Shown one piece after another: positions 1 through 9,322 of a stretch of 47,519 nt of DNA. The stretch covers positions 1-47,519 of the forward strand of contig JBLHII010000001.1 of NCBI GenBank assembly GCA_047616265.1, in the 5' to 3' direction. The position numbers were made by a program, and so were the translations under genes. Below the pieces are notes generated by a model. That model did no database searches. It had not been told where the DNA came from and was given only the letters and a program-made list of their open reading frames with translations. Position 1 is the stretch's first letter, and every line of letters begins with the position of its first letter. This DNA is from Minisyncoccia bacterium. Lineage in GTDB: Bacteria > Bacteroidota > Bacteroidia > Flavobacteriales > Flavobacteriaceae.

Positions 1-101
1 TCTATGCTTAAGAGTAATATATCACCGCCATCACTTTGCAAAAATGGACGAATTTCGTCTAATGCAGCTTCTACCCTTACTACTAGTTCTTCTTGTTTCA
101 T
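1..101 (-). CDS. NifU/Nfu-family Fe-S carrier protein, 5' part only (runs off the window)
   Basis: Not in the ORF track. Manual translation from ATG at 101 gives MKQEELVVRVEAALDEIRPFLQSDGGDILLLSI, matching the NifU-C motif (LDEIRP.LQ.DGGDI). Starts 4 nt after the mrp stop. Confidence 0.9.
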   Translation of the reverse strand, partial: MKQEELVVRVEAALDEIRPFLQSDGGDILLLSI

Positions 102-105
102 AATC

Positions 106-1245
106 TTATTTTACAGCACTACATCCTGCCATAGTGGTTATTTGAATAGCTTCTGTAGGAGGCAGTGCCTTATTTCTTTTTACAGTTTCACTCACTACAC
201 TCTTCGTTATATCAATAAAAATCTCTTCAATAGCGGTGCCATCCTGAAGTGCTACCGGTCGCCCTGCATCTCCAGATTCTCTTATGCTTTGTATCAATGG
301 CAATTCTCCTAAAAAGGGAATTTCTAAATCTTCTGCTAAATGTTTGGCACCCTCTTTTCCGAATATATAATACTTATTATCCGGCAATTCTGCAGGTGTG
401 AAATAGGCCATGTTTTCTATAATTCCTAATACCGGCACATCTATACTTTCTTGTTGAAACATTGCAACTCCTTTTTTCGCATCTGCCAGTGCTACTGTTT
501 GTGGTGTACTTACCACTACAGCACCGGTAATAGGTAATGATTGCATGATGCTTAAGTGGATATCTCCTGTTCCAGGAGGTAAGTCTAGCAGCATAAAATC
601 AAGTTCGCCCCAAGCAGCATCAAAAATTAATTGATTCAATGCTTTTGAGGCCATGGGTCCTCTCCAGATAACAGCTTGATCTGGCTTGGTGAAAAACCCT
701 ATAGACAATACTTTAACACCATAGTTTTCTACGGGTTTCATTTTACTTTTCCCATCAACATTAATAGAAAGGGGACGCTCATTGGCCACATCAAACATAA
801 TAGGAATAGACGGTCCATAGATATCTGCATCTAACACACCCACTTTAAACCCCATTTTTGATAGGGTAATAGCAATATTCGCTGCTACTGTAGATTTGCC
901 TACACCCCCTTTACCAGAGGCAACGGCAATTATATTTTTAATGCCAGGAATAGGCTTTCCTTTGACAAGGTTTGGGTTGGAGGGTTTTGCAGGAGCCTCT
1001 ACCGTAATATTTACTTGTACTTTTGCTTCTTTAGAAACCTTATCTTGTATCGTCTTGATAATATCAGCTTCTGCTCGTTTTTTAATGTGCATTGCTGGTG
1101 CAGCCATGGTAATGTCTACAACAACCTCATCAGCAAATGCCATCACATTTGTAACGGCACCACTTGCTACCATATTGTCTCCTTCTCCTGCTATTGTAAT
1201 CGTTTCAAGAGCTTCCAGTATATCACTTTTATTCAATTTCATCAT
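106..1245 (-). CDS. mrp: Mrp/ApbC (NBP35-family) Fe-S cluster carrier ATPase
   Basis: Deviant Walker A GKGGVGKST, DADIYGPS, WRGPM and DLPPGTGD motifs; N-terminal DUF59-like region; adjacent to an Nfu-type gene. Confidence 0.95.
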   Translation of the reverse strand: MMKLNKSDILEALETITIAGEGDNMVASGAVTNVMAFADEVVVDITMAAPAMHIKKRAEADIIKTIQDKVSKEAKVQVNITVEAPAKPSNPNLVKGKPIPGIKNIIAVASGKGGVGKSTVAANIAITLSKMGFKVGVLDADIYGPSIPIMFDVANERPLSINVDGKSKMKPVENYGVKVLSIGFFTKPDQAVIWRGPMASKALNQLIFDAAWGELDFMLLDLPPGTGDIHLSIMQSLPITGAVVVSTPQTVALADAKKGVAMFQQESIDVPVLGIIENMAYFTPAELPDNKYYIFGKEGAKHLAEDLEIPFLGELPLIQSIRESGDAGRPVALQDGTAIEEIFIDITKSVVSETVKRNKALPPTEAIQITTMAGCSAVK

Positions 1246-1280
1246 TACTCTTTTTCAGTATTTAGATAGATTCTACATTA

Positions 1281-1288
1281 CAAAGATA
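1281..1288 (-). promoter_or_regulatory. Bacteroidota -7 promoter element (TATCTTTG) for mrp-nfu
   Basis: Exact TAnnTTTG match about 35 nt upstream of the start codon. Confidence 0.6.
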
Positions 1289-1367
1289 ATCGTAAAACTT
1301 CAGAAAATAGAGCACACCTATTGAAATGATTGATGATATCATAGTTTTCAAATTTTTTATGACCACT

Positions 1368-1727
1368 TCAAAAAAATTCTGTTTCAGAAGGGTATGGATA
1401 TGGAGGTAATTCTTCTACAGGGTTCCAAAAATGGGTCTCTAACTTTTGAATTTGAAAATGAATCACTTCAACCCCCTCAGATTCTAGTAGTTGCTGCATT
1501 AAGGTGGTCCCTTCAAAATGATGCTTTCCTGTAAGGATGCCTTTCTTATTAACTACACGATGCGCTGGCAGATCATACTTATTGCTTGCGTTCATCGCCC
1601 AGCCTACCATTCTAGCACTGCCTCTACTACCTAGGTAGTCTGCTATAGCGCCATAGCTTGTAACTTTACCAAAGGGTATTTGAGCCACGACTTGGTATAC
1701 TTTTTGAAAAAAAGAAAACTCCCCCAT
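1368..1727 (-). CDS. MGMT-family alkyltransferase-like protein (ATL)
   Basis: IPFGKVTSYGAIA, ARMVGWAM and PAHRVV; Ala replaces the catalytic Cys of PCHRV. Confidence 0.88.
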   Translation of the reverse strand: MGEFSFFQKVYQVVAQIPFGKVTSYGAIADYLGSRGSARMVGWAMNASNKYDLPAHRVVNKKGILTGKHHFEGTTLMQQLLESEGVEVIHFQIQKLETHFWNPVEELPPYPYPSETEFF

Positions 1728-1729
1728 GG

Positions 1730-2365
1730 TTAGAGGTTTTTGAATATTTTAAATGCTGTAATTAAAGAAATTAGCGCTGTAACACCTCCAATGATTAAAT
1801 TCATATTCATTTTTGGCGGCTCATTTTTGGGAGATACTTTGCGTTTAAAAAAATGTATATATAATGCTAACATGATAAACGTACCAAGCCCAGATGCTAA
1901 AACAGCAGCTACTAATTCTGGGGTGCCAAATGAAAACCATCCAAACACAGAGAACGTAACGCTTATATATACCCAATATGGAAATGGCAATACATTTAGG
2001 CCAGCAATAAATATACCACCAAAAAAACGTGTTTTTTTTGATTTTCTTACCAAGTTTTTTGGCACATCTCTACGGGTGTCTTTCGCAATAAAAAGAAAGT
2101 ATATTGTTAAGCAAATAAAAATTCCTAAAGCAACCTGTTGAAGGGAAGCAATAATATCTGGGTTTTTATCTAAATATCTTGCAAATAGCAAAGCTATGTA
2201 TGTTTGAAGCATTACCATAACGCATACACCCAAAGAAAAAAGCATTGCATTTCTTCTACCTTCTTTCATACTTATTTTGGCAGCAGACATGTTGACCAGC
2301 CCCGGAGGGATTACTCCAATAAAAGCAGCTATAAAACCAATAATAAAATTTAAAAGTATGGCCAT
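1730..2365 (-). CDS. LysE-family translocator
   Basis: About 6 hydrophobic segments; N-terminal IPPGLVN (LysE PGP-like motif). Confidence 0.75.
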   Translation of the reverse strand: MAILLNFIIGFIAAFIGVIPPGLVNMSAAKISMKEGRRNAMLFSLGVCVMVMLQTYIALLFARYLDKNPDIIASLQQVALGIFICLTIYFLFIAKDTRRDVPKNLVRKSKKTRFFGGIFIAGLNVLPFPYWVYISVTFSVFGWFSFGTPELVAAVLASGLGTFIMLALYIHFFKRKVSPKNEPPKMNMNLIIGGVTALISLITAFKIFKNL

Positions 2366-2392
2366 AAGTACTACGTGAAGATACGTGATTTT

Positions 2393-3073
2393 TTAAGAAG
2401 AAAAGCGAAAACATATGTACGTAATTTTTTTACCTACCTCAAGGTATTGGCTCTCATAGAATGTTTGAATGCCCGTAACTTCTGCAGGTGCTTCGTCTCC
2501 TATGCCATAGACGTCATGATGTGCAAACGCTATAGGCAAACGCAATCCCTGCAACAAACCAAGCGTATAACCATGCATAAACTCACTGTCTGTCTTAAGG
2601 TGCATAACACCTTGTTCTTTTAATATTTTTTTATATTTATTTAAAAAGTCCTCATTGGTTAATCTATGCTTTGTGCGCTTAAATTTAATTTGAGGATCCG
2701 GAAAAGTAATCCAGATTTCGTCTACTTCATTCTCAGCAAAAAGACCGTCAATTAGCTCTATTTGAGTTCTTAAAAAACCAACATTGCACAGATCCTCTTC
2801 AAGTGCTGTTTTTGCACCTCTCCAAAAACGAGCTCCTTTAATATCTACTCCTAAAAAGTTTTTATTGGGGTACATTTTAGCAAGGCTGACCGTGTATTCA
2901 CCTTTACCACAACCCAACTCTAAAACAATGGGATTGTCATTTTTAAAAAATGCTTTGTTCCAGTTTCCTTTTAAATACAAACCATCACCAACTGCCTCTT
3001 CTCTGGTAGGTTGAACAACATTAGTAAAAGTATCATTCTCTCTAAAACGTTTTAATTTATTTTTGCTCCCCAA
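2393..3073 (-). CDS. trmB: tRNA (guanine-N7)-methyltransferase
   Basis: LELGCGKGEY, GVDIKGAR, ITFPDPQ and HLKTDS motifs. Start placed at TTG 3073 (MGSKNKLKRF) rather than at 3091. Confidence 0.95.
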   Translation of the reverse strand: MGSKNKLKRFRENDTFTNVVQPTREEAVGDGLYLKGNWNKAFFKNDNPIVLELGCGKGEYTVSLAKMYPNKNFLGVDIKGARFWRGAKTALEEDLCNVGFLRTQIELIDGLFAENEVDEIWITFPDPQIKFKRTKHRLTNEDFLNKYKKILKEQGVMHLKTDSEFMHGYTLGLLQGLRLPIAFAHHDVYGIGDEAPAEVTGIQTFYESQYLEVGKKITYICFRFSS

Positions 3074-3173
3074 AATATAAGTTTTTGGCAAAATTAAGGA
3101 AATATACCGCAGCGACGCTTATTCGTGGTTTTGTTTTACTATAGAATGTAAAACATGCCACGATGCTAAAATA

Positions 3174-4217
3174 CTAATTGATCTTTTCCATAGTAAATGA
3201 AAACTCTGAGCCAATGCCGTGTTGGCTTTCTACATATATTTTTTCATCATGAGCATCAACAATATGCTTCACAATAGAGAGTCCTAAACCACTTCCTCCT
3301 TCTTTTCTTGAACCGCTTTTATCAACTCTATAAAACCGCTCAAAAAGCCTTGGAATGTATTCTTTTTCAATTCCTTCTCCATTATCTGTTACCCTAATAA
3401 TTACTTTGTTTTTGATAAGACCCTCTACGCTCACCTCTGTGGTACCATATTGTTTTCCGTACTTTATGGAGTTTACTATAAGGTTGGTAAGTACTTGCTG
3501 TATGCGTTCTTCATCCCCATATACCTTGATACTCTCTTTATACTCTTTATCAAATACCAAAGAGATGTTTTTCCTTGTGGCTTTCATTTCTAAAAGGTCA
3601 AATACATTTTTGATCAACTTTATGATATTAAATTTCTCTTTCTCTAGAGTAAGTCCCCCAACTTCTAATTTGGTAATCATATCAAGATCTTTAATAATAA
3701 AGATTAATCGCTCCACACCTTTATTAGCTCTCTTTAGATATTTTTTGCGTACTGTTTTGTCTTTATAGGCGCCGTCTAACAATGTTAGAATATAGCCTTG
3801 TACTGTAAATAAAGGTGTTTTAAGTTCATGCGAGACATTGCCAATAAACTCTTTGCGGTAATTTTCTCTTACTTTTAAGGTTTCAATTTCAATTTTTTTG
3901 TTTTCAGCAAAACGCCCCAGCTCAGCTGTAAGCATTTCCATATCTGTAGAAACACTCTTTTCGCTAAACGAAGTCGAGTCTAGCAAAGAAATATCATCAT
4001 AGATGTTTTTAATACGTTTGTATATAAACCGTTTTAGCCTGTATTGAATAATTGCAAAACAACTAAGAAAAGACCCGCTTGCAAAAAGCAATAGGTACCA
4101 TAAATTAAATAATGAACTAACATACAGAAGGACTCCCAAAAAAAAGGTGAATGCAAAGGTTATGTAAGTTGCCGTAAGGGTTGCAAATCGATATGTTTTA
4201 TTTAATTTTTTAAACAT
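3174..4217 (-). CDS. phoR: PhoR-like sensor histidine kinase
   Basis: Two N-terminal TM segments; H-box VSHELKTPL, N-box NLIVNSIKY, DNGEGI, FERFYRVDKS, GSGLGLSIVKH. Confidence 0.85.
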   Translation of the reverse strand: MFKKLNKTYRFATLTATYITFAFTFFLGVLLYVSSLFNLWYLLLFASGSFLSCFAIIQYRLKRFIYKRIKNIYDDISLLDSTSFSEKSVSTDMEMLTAELGRFAENKKIEIETLKVRENYRKEFIGNVSHELKTPLFTVQGYILTLLDGAYKDKTVRKKYLKRANKGVERLIFIIKDLDMITKLEVGGLTLEKEKFNIIKLIKNVFDLLEMKATRKNISLVFDKEYKESIKVYGDEERIQQVLTNLIVNSIKYGKQYGTTEVSVEGLIKNKVIIRVTDNGEGIEKEYIPRLFERFYRVDKSGSRKEGGSGLGLSIVKHIVDAHDEKIYVESQHGIGSEFSFTMEKIN

Positions 4218-4900
4218 TAAACTACAAACTTATACCCTACTCCTTTAATAGTTTTAAACTTATTTTCTCCTATCTTTTCTCTTAATTTACGAATATGAAC
4301 ATCAATAGTCCTACCGCCAACTACAACATCATTACCCCATACGCGGTCTAAAATATCTTCTCTTTTAAAGACTTTTCCTGGTTTGGACGCTAATAAAGAG
4401 AGTAGCTCAAATTCTTTTCTAGGTAAAACCATTTCTTCTTTACCTACAGATATTTTGTATTCTTCTCTATTAATGGTAATATTCCCCAACTTTATTATTT
4501 CTTCTGTTTCTTCTTGGGCTTTAAATCTTCGCAATAACGATTTCACTTTACTAACGAGGACTTTAGGTTTAATAGGCTTGGTAATGTAATCATCTGCCCC
4601 TGCATCAAACCCCGCTACCTGAGAATAGTCTTCTCCGCGAGCTGTAAGAAATGTGATGACTGTTTCAGATAATTCTGGAATCTTCCTTAATTTCTCACAA
4701 GCCTCTATGCCGTCCATTTCCGGCATCATCACATCCAATATAATAAGTTTAGGCTTGTGTTTTTTGGCTTTACTGATAGCAGCTACTCCGTTCTCAGCAG
4801 TAATTACATGATAGCCCTCTGCAGATAAATTATACTCGATAATTTCTAAAATATCGAGTTCATCATCTACCAATAGAATTGTAGTGTCTTTTTTTTTCAT
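4217..4900 (-). CDS. PhoB/PhoP-like OmpR-family response regulator
   Basis: Receiver domain (VDDE, LDVMMP, KP) plus winged helix (RTIDVHIRKLREK, KGVGYKF). Stop overlaps the kinase start (TAATG). Start taken at ATG 4900. Confidence 0.9.
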   Translation of the reverse strand: MKKKDTTILLVDDELDILEIIEYNLSAEGYHVITAENGVAAISKAKKHKPKLIILDVMMPEMDGIEACEKLRKIPELSETVITFLTARGEDYSQVAGFDAGADDYITKPIKPKVLVSKVKSLLRRFKAQEETEEIIKLGNITINREEYKISVGKEEMVLPRKEFELLSLLASKPGKVFKREDILDRVWGNDVVVGGRTIDVHIRKLREKIGENKFKTIKGVGYKFVV

Positions 4901-5062
4901 TATATAAAATCTCAACAGGACTCAATGCACTGTAAATGTATCAATTTTTAAAGATATACAGATAAATAACCGCTAATATTAAGCTATCGTTAAGTTATTA
5001 AAATATTTTAAGAAAGAGTACTAAATTAGTATATTTACGGAAAACCTAAAACGCTAATAATA

Positions 5063-6763
5063 ATGAAAAAATTTACTTTATTAATTGCAATGGCATTTGC
5101 AACCTTGTCTATTGCACAAACAACGATTAAAATCGTGGAGATTGATGCCGATCAAACCAGTACGGATGATATGGAATTTTTAGAGATTCGTACCGCATCT
5201 TCAAGCCAATCACTAGACGGCTACATTGTAGTATTTTATAATGGTAGTGACAATGAAAGTTACAGAACAGTAGATCTTTCAGGATATTCTTCAGATGCTA
5301 ATGGGTATTTCATTATTGGAAGTGATCTTTTCCCTGGAGCAGATATTATTTTAGGACCAGACAATACAATTCAAAATGGAGCAGATGCTATTGCTATCTA
5401 TTCGGCTGCTGCTGCAAACTTTCCTGATGACACACCCGTCACCAGTGCAGGGCTCATAGACGCAGTTGTTTACGGAACTAGTGATGATGATGACCAAGAA
5501 TTGTTGGCTGGGTTAAATCAAACCATACAGTGGGATGAAAATGTAAATGGAATGAAGGATGTAGAATCTATTCAATATGACCCTAGCACAGGTGGTTTTT
5601 GCGCAGGAACACCTACTCCAAGAGCTGCAAACATTGACTGTTCTTCTGCATGCCCAATAAGTGTTTTTGTTGCAAGCGTTACTTGTGACGCTGTAACTTC
5701 TGGAATAGACACCTATACAACAACATTAAGTTTTACAGGTGGTGGATCTGGAACATACACTTTCATGGCTTCTGAAGGAACCGTTAGTGGAGATAATCCA
5801 TCTACAACCACATCAGGAGAAATCATTATCTCTGGTGTAAATGAAGGGGTAGATTTTGATTACTCTTTAACAAGTACAAACTGTGATATTTCAAATACAA
5901 TTAACTCACCATCATGCGCACCTGGATCAACAGTAAATACAATTTCTGAACTTAGAGCTGGTGTTATTGGAAATGATTACACCTTGAATGGAGAGGCTGT
6001 TGTTACTTTTGTACAAAGCTTTAGAAATCAAAAATTTATTGAAGATGCTACCGCTGGTATCTTAATTGATGATAATAATGGAGTAATCACTTCAGCACTT
6101 GCTGCAGGTAATGGTATTACTGGACTTACGGGAACCTTAGATGAGTTTGGAGGTATGATGCAGTTTAGACCAACTCAGAACATTTCATCTTCTTCTACAG
6201 GAAATGCAATTGTGCCACAATTGGTTCAAGCGTCAGATTTAACCGCAAATCCAAATAATTATGAATCTGAATATGTCCGCATCAATGCCAATACAACAAT
6301 AGATGCTGCTGCAAACCCAACATGGGTCGCTGGAACAGAGTATCAAATGTTAACTATCGATGGAGATTATATCTTTAGAACTTCTTTCTTTGATGCAGAT
6401 TACATTGGCGCAAGCGTACCAACAAGTAATACCACATTAGTTTCTGGAATTATTACAGAGCGTAATGACGGAAGTTACTATATCACAGCAAGAAGTCTTG
6501 CAGATTTCTCAGATAGCTTAGGAACAGAGGATGCTACTATAGTTGGGTTTGTAATGATCCCTAACCCAGCAAACACTCACATTCAAGTAAGAGGTGATAG
6601 CAATAGCGCTATTTCTTTACAAATTTTTGACATCCTTGGAAAAGAAGTTCTTGCTACTCAAAATGCAATTAAAGTAAATATTGAAGCCTTAACAAGCGGA
6701 ATGTATATTGTAAAAGCTACTCAAAATGAAGCCGTTACTACCACTAAATTAATTGTAAAATAA
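5063..6763 (+). CDS. T9SS-secreted protein with lamin-tail-like N-terminal domain, OB-fold-like region and CTD
   Basis: Signal peptide; LTD-like EIDADQ...EFLEI...LDGY; IEDATAGILI and YESEYVRI (OB-like); C-terminal PNPA...IFDILGKEV...GMYIVK...KLIVK. Confidence 0.75.
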   Translation: MKKFTLLIAMAFATLSIAQTTIKIVEIDADQTSTDDMEFLEIRTASSSQSLDGYIVVFYNGSDNESYRTVDLSGYSSDANGYFIIGSDLFPGADIILGPDNTIQNGADAIAIYSAAAANFPDDTPVTSAGLIDAVVYGTSDDDDQELLAGLNQTIQWDENVNGMKDVESIQYDPSTGGFCAGTPTPRAANIDCSSACPISVFVASVTCDAVTSGIDTYTTTLSFTGGGSGTYTFMASEGTVSGDNPSTTTSGEIIISGVNEGVDFDYSLTSTNCDISNTINSPSCAPGSTVNTISELRAGVIGNDYTLNGEAVVTFVQSFRNQKFIEDATAGILIDDNNGVITSALAAGNGITGLTGTLDEFGGMMQFRPTQNISSSSTGNAIVPQLVQASDLTANPNNYESEYVRINANTTIDAAANPTWVAGTEYQMLTIDGDYIFRTSFFDADYIGASVPTSNTTLVSGIITERNDGSYYITARSLADFSDSLGTEDATIVGFVMIPNPANTHIQVRGDSNSAISLQIFDILGKEVLATQNAIKVNIEALTSGMYIVKATQNEAVTTTKLIVK

Positions 6764-6782
6764 GCTTATAATACACCATACT

Positions 6783-6818
6783 AAAGTGGCTGTCTTAGAC
6801 ATAAGGCAGCCACTTTTT
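6783..6818 (+). terminator. Intrinsic terminator
   Basis: AAAGTGGCTGTCTTA / TAAGGCAGCCACTTT stem followed by a T tract, 20 nt after the stop. Confidence 0.85.
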
Positions 6819-6898
6819 ATTTTCAATAGCTTTATGTATTATATCCTTCACGTTGTTTAATTTTGTACTTTTGATAGGGTCACTTCGGAAACTCTAAA

Positions 6899-7873
6899 AT
6901 GCCCATTATACCAATTTTCAACATACAAACCGAAATCGAATTTGAAAAAACAGCACTTCAAGTTTTCAAATTTCAGTACGAACATGTAGCCATTTACAAA
7001 ACCTATTGTGATTTGCTAAAGGTAAACCCAGAGACCGTTTCAAAAATTACAGACATCCCATTTCTACCCGTTACTTTTTTTAAACAAGAAGCAATTATTG
7101 CACAGGGTTATGTTTCAGAAAAAATATTTACTAGTAGTGGCACCACTGGAAATACAACTAGCAAGCACTATGTAGCAGATATAAAACTCTATGAAGCTAG
7201 TTTTATGAATGCCTTTACCCAACAGTATGGGAACATAGAAGCGTACACGATCCTAGCACTTTTACCAAACTATCTAGAACGTGAAGGCTCCTCATTGGTC
7301 TATATGGTAGATGCCCTTATTACAAAGAGCAAGCAACCTAAAAGTGGGTTTTATCTACATAATTTGAATGCATTAGCCGAAACATTAAAAACATTAGAAT
7401 CTCAAAAAAAGAAAACTCTTTTACTAGGAGTTTCATATGCTTTGTTAGATTTAATAGACCAGCACACCTTCACGTTAGCGCATACTATAATTATGGAAAC
7501 AGGAGGCATGAAAGGGCGTAGAAAAGAGCTCATTAAAGAGGCATTACACGAAAAGCTAACAAAAGGATTTGGAGTGCCCTATATACACAGTGAATATGGC
7601 ATGACAGAGCTACTCTCTCAAGCCTACTCAAAAGGAAAAGGTGTTTTTAGGTGTCCATCATGGATGAAAGTGCTTACCAGAGACACCGAAGACCCGCGTT
7701 CATGGATACAGGGTAAAACCGGCGGCATTAATGTGATTGATCTCGCTAACCAATACGCTTGTTCGTTTATAGCTACGCAAGATCTTGGAAGAACATATCC
7801 TGACGGAAGCTTTGAAATTCTTGGCAGATTTGATGATAGCGATGTTCGTGGATGCAACTTAATGGTACAGTAA
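6899..7873 (+). CDS. LuxE-like acyl-protein synthetase / acyl transferase
   Basis: FTSSGTTG, METGGMKG, SEYGMTEL, TQDLG and GRFD...RGC motifs; TACTTTTG promoter element at 6866-6873. Confidence 0.85.
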   Translation: MPIIPIFNIQTEIEFEKTALQVFKFQYEHVAIYKTYCDLLKVNPETVSKITDIPFLPVTFFKQEAIIAQGYVSEKIFTSSGTTGNTTSKHYVADIKLYEASFMNAFTQQYGNIEAYTILALLPNYLEREGSSLVYMVDALITKSKQPKSGFYLHNLNALAETLKTLESQKKKTLLLGVSYALLDLIDQHTFTLAHTIIMETGGMKGRRKELIKEALHEKLTKGFGVPYIHSEYGMTELLSQAYSKGKGVFRCPSWMKVLTRDTEDPRSWIQGKTGGINVIDLANQYACSFIATQDLGRTYPDGSFEILGRFDDSDVRGCNLMVQ

Positions 7874-7952
7874 GACCTGCACAAAACTATTTTTAAAAAA
7901 GGTAATTTACCGCCATTTGGCCACGCTCTATTTTTATGCGTATTTAAAAGAG

Positions 7953-9254
7953 TTATTGAACTTCAATAATAAACTTGTTCTTCTTCCCGCGCTGTAACAA
8001 AATAAATTTATGATGAATCAAGTCTTCTTTAGTGATAAGATGCCCCTCTTTTACTTTGGTGAAATTCACAGAAACAGAATTTTCTTTAATGGCTCTTCTA
8101 GCCTCTCCATTAGATTTTAAAAAGCCTGTTTTTTCTGCCAAGGCAGCAATAATATCTAGACCATCCTCAAATTCACTTTTAGCTATATTGGCTTGAGGCA
8201 CTCCTTCAAAAATACTCAAAAATGTATCTTCTTCAATATTTTTTATATCTGCTGCGGCAGTTTTACTAAATAAAATAGTAGAAGCTTCCTGAGCTTTTTC
8301 ATAGGCAACTAAACCATGTACTGTTGTCGTTACCTCCTCCGCCAATCGTTTCTGAAGAGCTTTGGCGTGTTCTTGCCCACTGTGCTCAGCGATGATACTA
8401 TCTATGGTCTCTTTATCTAGAAACGTAAATATTTTGATGTATTTGGCCGCATCTTCATCGCTGGTGTTCAACCAATATTGGTAAAACTTATAAGGTGATG
8501 TTCTTTTAGGATCAAGCCAGACGTTTCCACCTTCACTTTTGCCAAATTTACTCCCATCACTTTTTGTAATGAGCGGGCATGTCAATGCATAGCCTTTTCC
8601 ACCTCCAATACGCCGAATTAATTCGGTTCCTGTTGTTATATTGCCCCACTGATCACTCCCTCCCATTTGCAGGGTGCAGTCATTATTTTTATATAAGTGT
8701 AAAAAATCATAGCCTTGAACCATCTGATAGGTAAATTCTGTAAAAGACATCCCATCTACATTCTCTCCAGACAACCTGTTTTTTACAGAGTCTTTTGCCA
8801 TCATATAATTTACGGTAAGATGTTTCCCTACATCACGAATAAAATCTAGAAAAGAAAACTCCTTCATCCAGTCATAATTATTCACCATAACGGCTTGGTT
8901 TGCTGCTCCAGAGCTAAAGTCCAAAAAATGAGATAATTGATCACGAACACAGGCTTGATTATGACGTAATGTGCCCTCATCTAACAAGTTACGTTCACTA
9001 GATTTTCCTGAGGGGTCTCCAATCATACCTGTAGCTCCTCCAACCAAAGCAACCGGTTTATGGCCAGCTTTCTGAAAAAAGGACAATAACATAATTGGCA
9101 CTAAATTTCCTATATGCAAAGAGTCTGCCGTAGGGTCAAAACCTATATAGGCACTTCGCATCGTTTCTAGTAAATGTTTTTGGGTGTCAGGCATGACATC
9201 ATGTACCATACCACGCCATTGCAATTCTTCAACAAAATCTAAAATATTCATCAC
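7953..9254 (-). CDS. tyrS: Tyrosine--tRNA ligase
   Basis: YIGFDPTADSLHIGN, QMGGSDQWGN, KFGKS, C-terminal S4-like domain. Start is GTG 9254 or ATG 9251. Confidence 0.98.
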   Translation of the reverse strand: MMNILDFVEELQWRGMVHDVMPDTQKHLLETMRSAYIGFDPTADSLHIGNLVPIMLLSFFQKAGHKPVALVGGATGMIGDPSGKSSERNLLDEGTLRHNQACVRDQLSHFLDFSSGAANQAVMVNNYDWMKEFSFLDFIRDVGKHLTVNYMMAKDSVKNRLSGENVDGMSFTEFTYQMVQGYDFLHLYKNNDCTLQMGGSDQWGNITTGTELIRRIGGGKGYALTCPLITKSDGSKFGKSEGGNVWLDPKRTSPYKFYQYWLNTSDEDAAKYIKIFTFLDKETIDSIIAEHSGQEHAKALQKRLAEEVTTTVHGLVAYEKAQEASTILFSKTAAADIKNIEEDTFLSIFEGVPQANIAKSEFEDGLDIIAALAEKTGFLKSNGEARRAIKENSVSVNFTKVKEGHLITKEDLIHHKFILLQRGKKNKFIIEVQ

Positions 9255-9322
9255 TTTATAATTTAAAACAAACTTACATAATTCATCTTTTTTTACCGCT
9301 TATAATAGCGTATTTTAGTGGT

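Noticed and set aside
4-312. Plus-strand 102-aa ORF
   Set aside because: Antisense shadow of the nfu-like gene and mrp, with no recognisable motifs.
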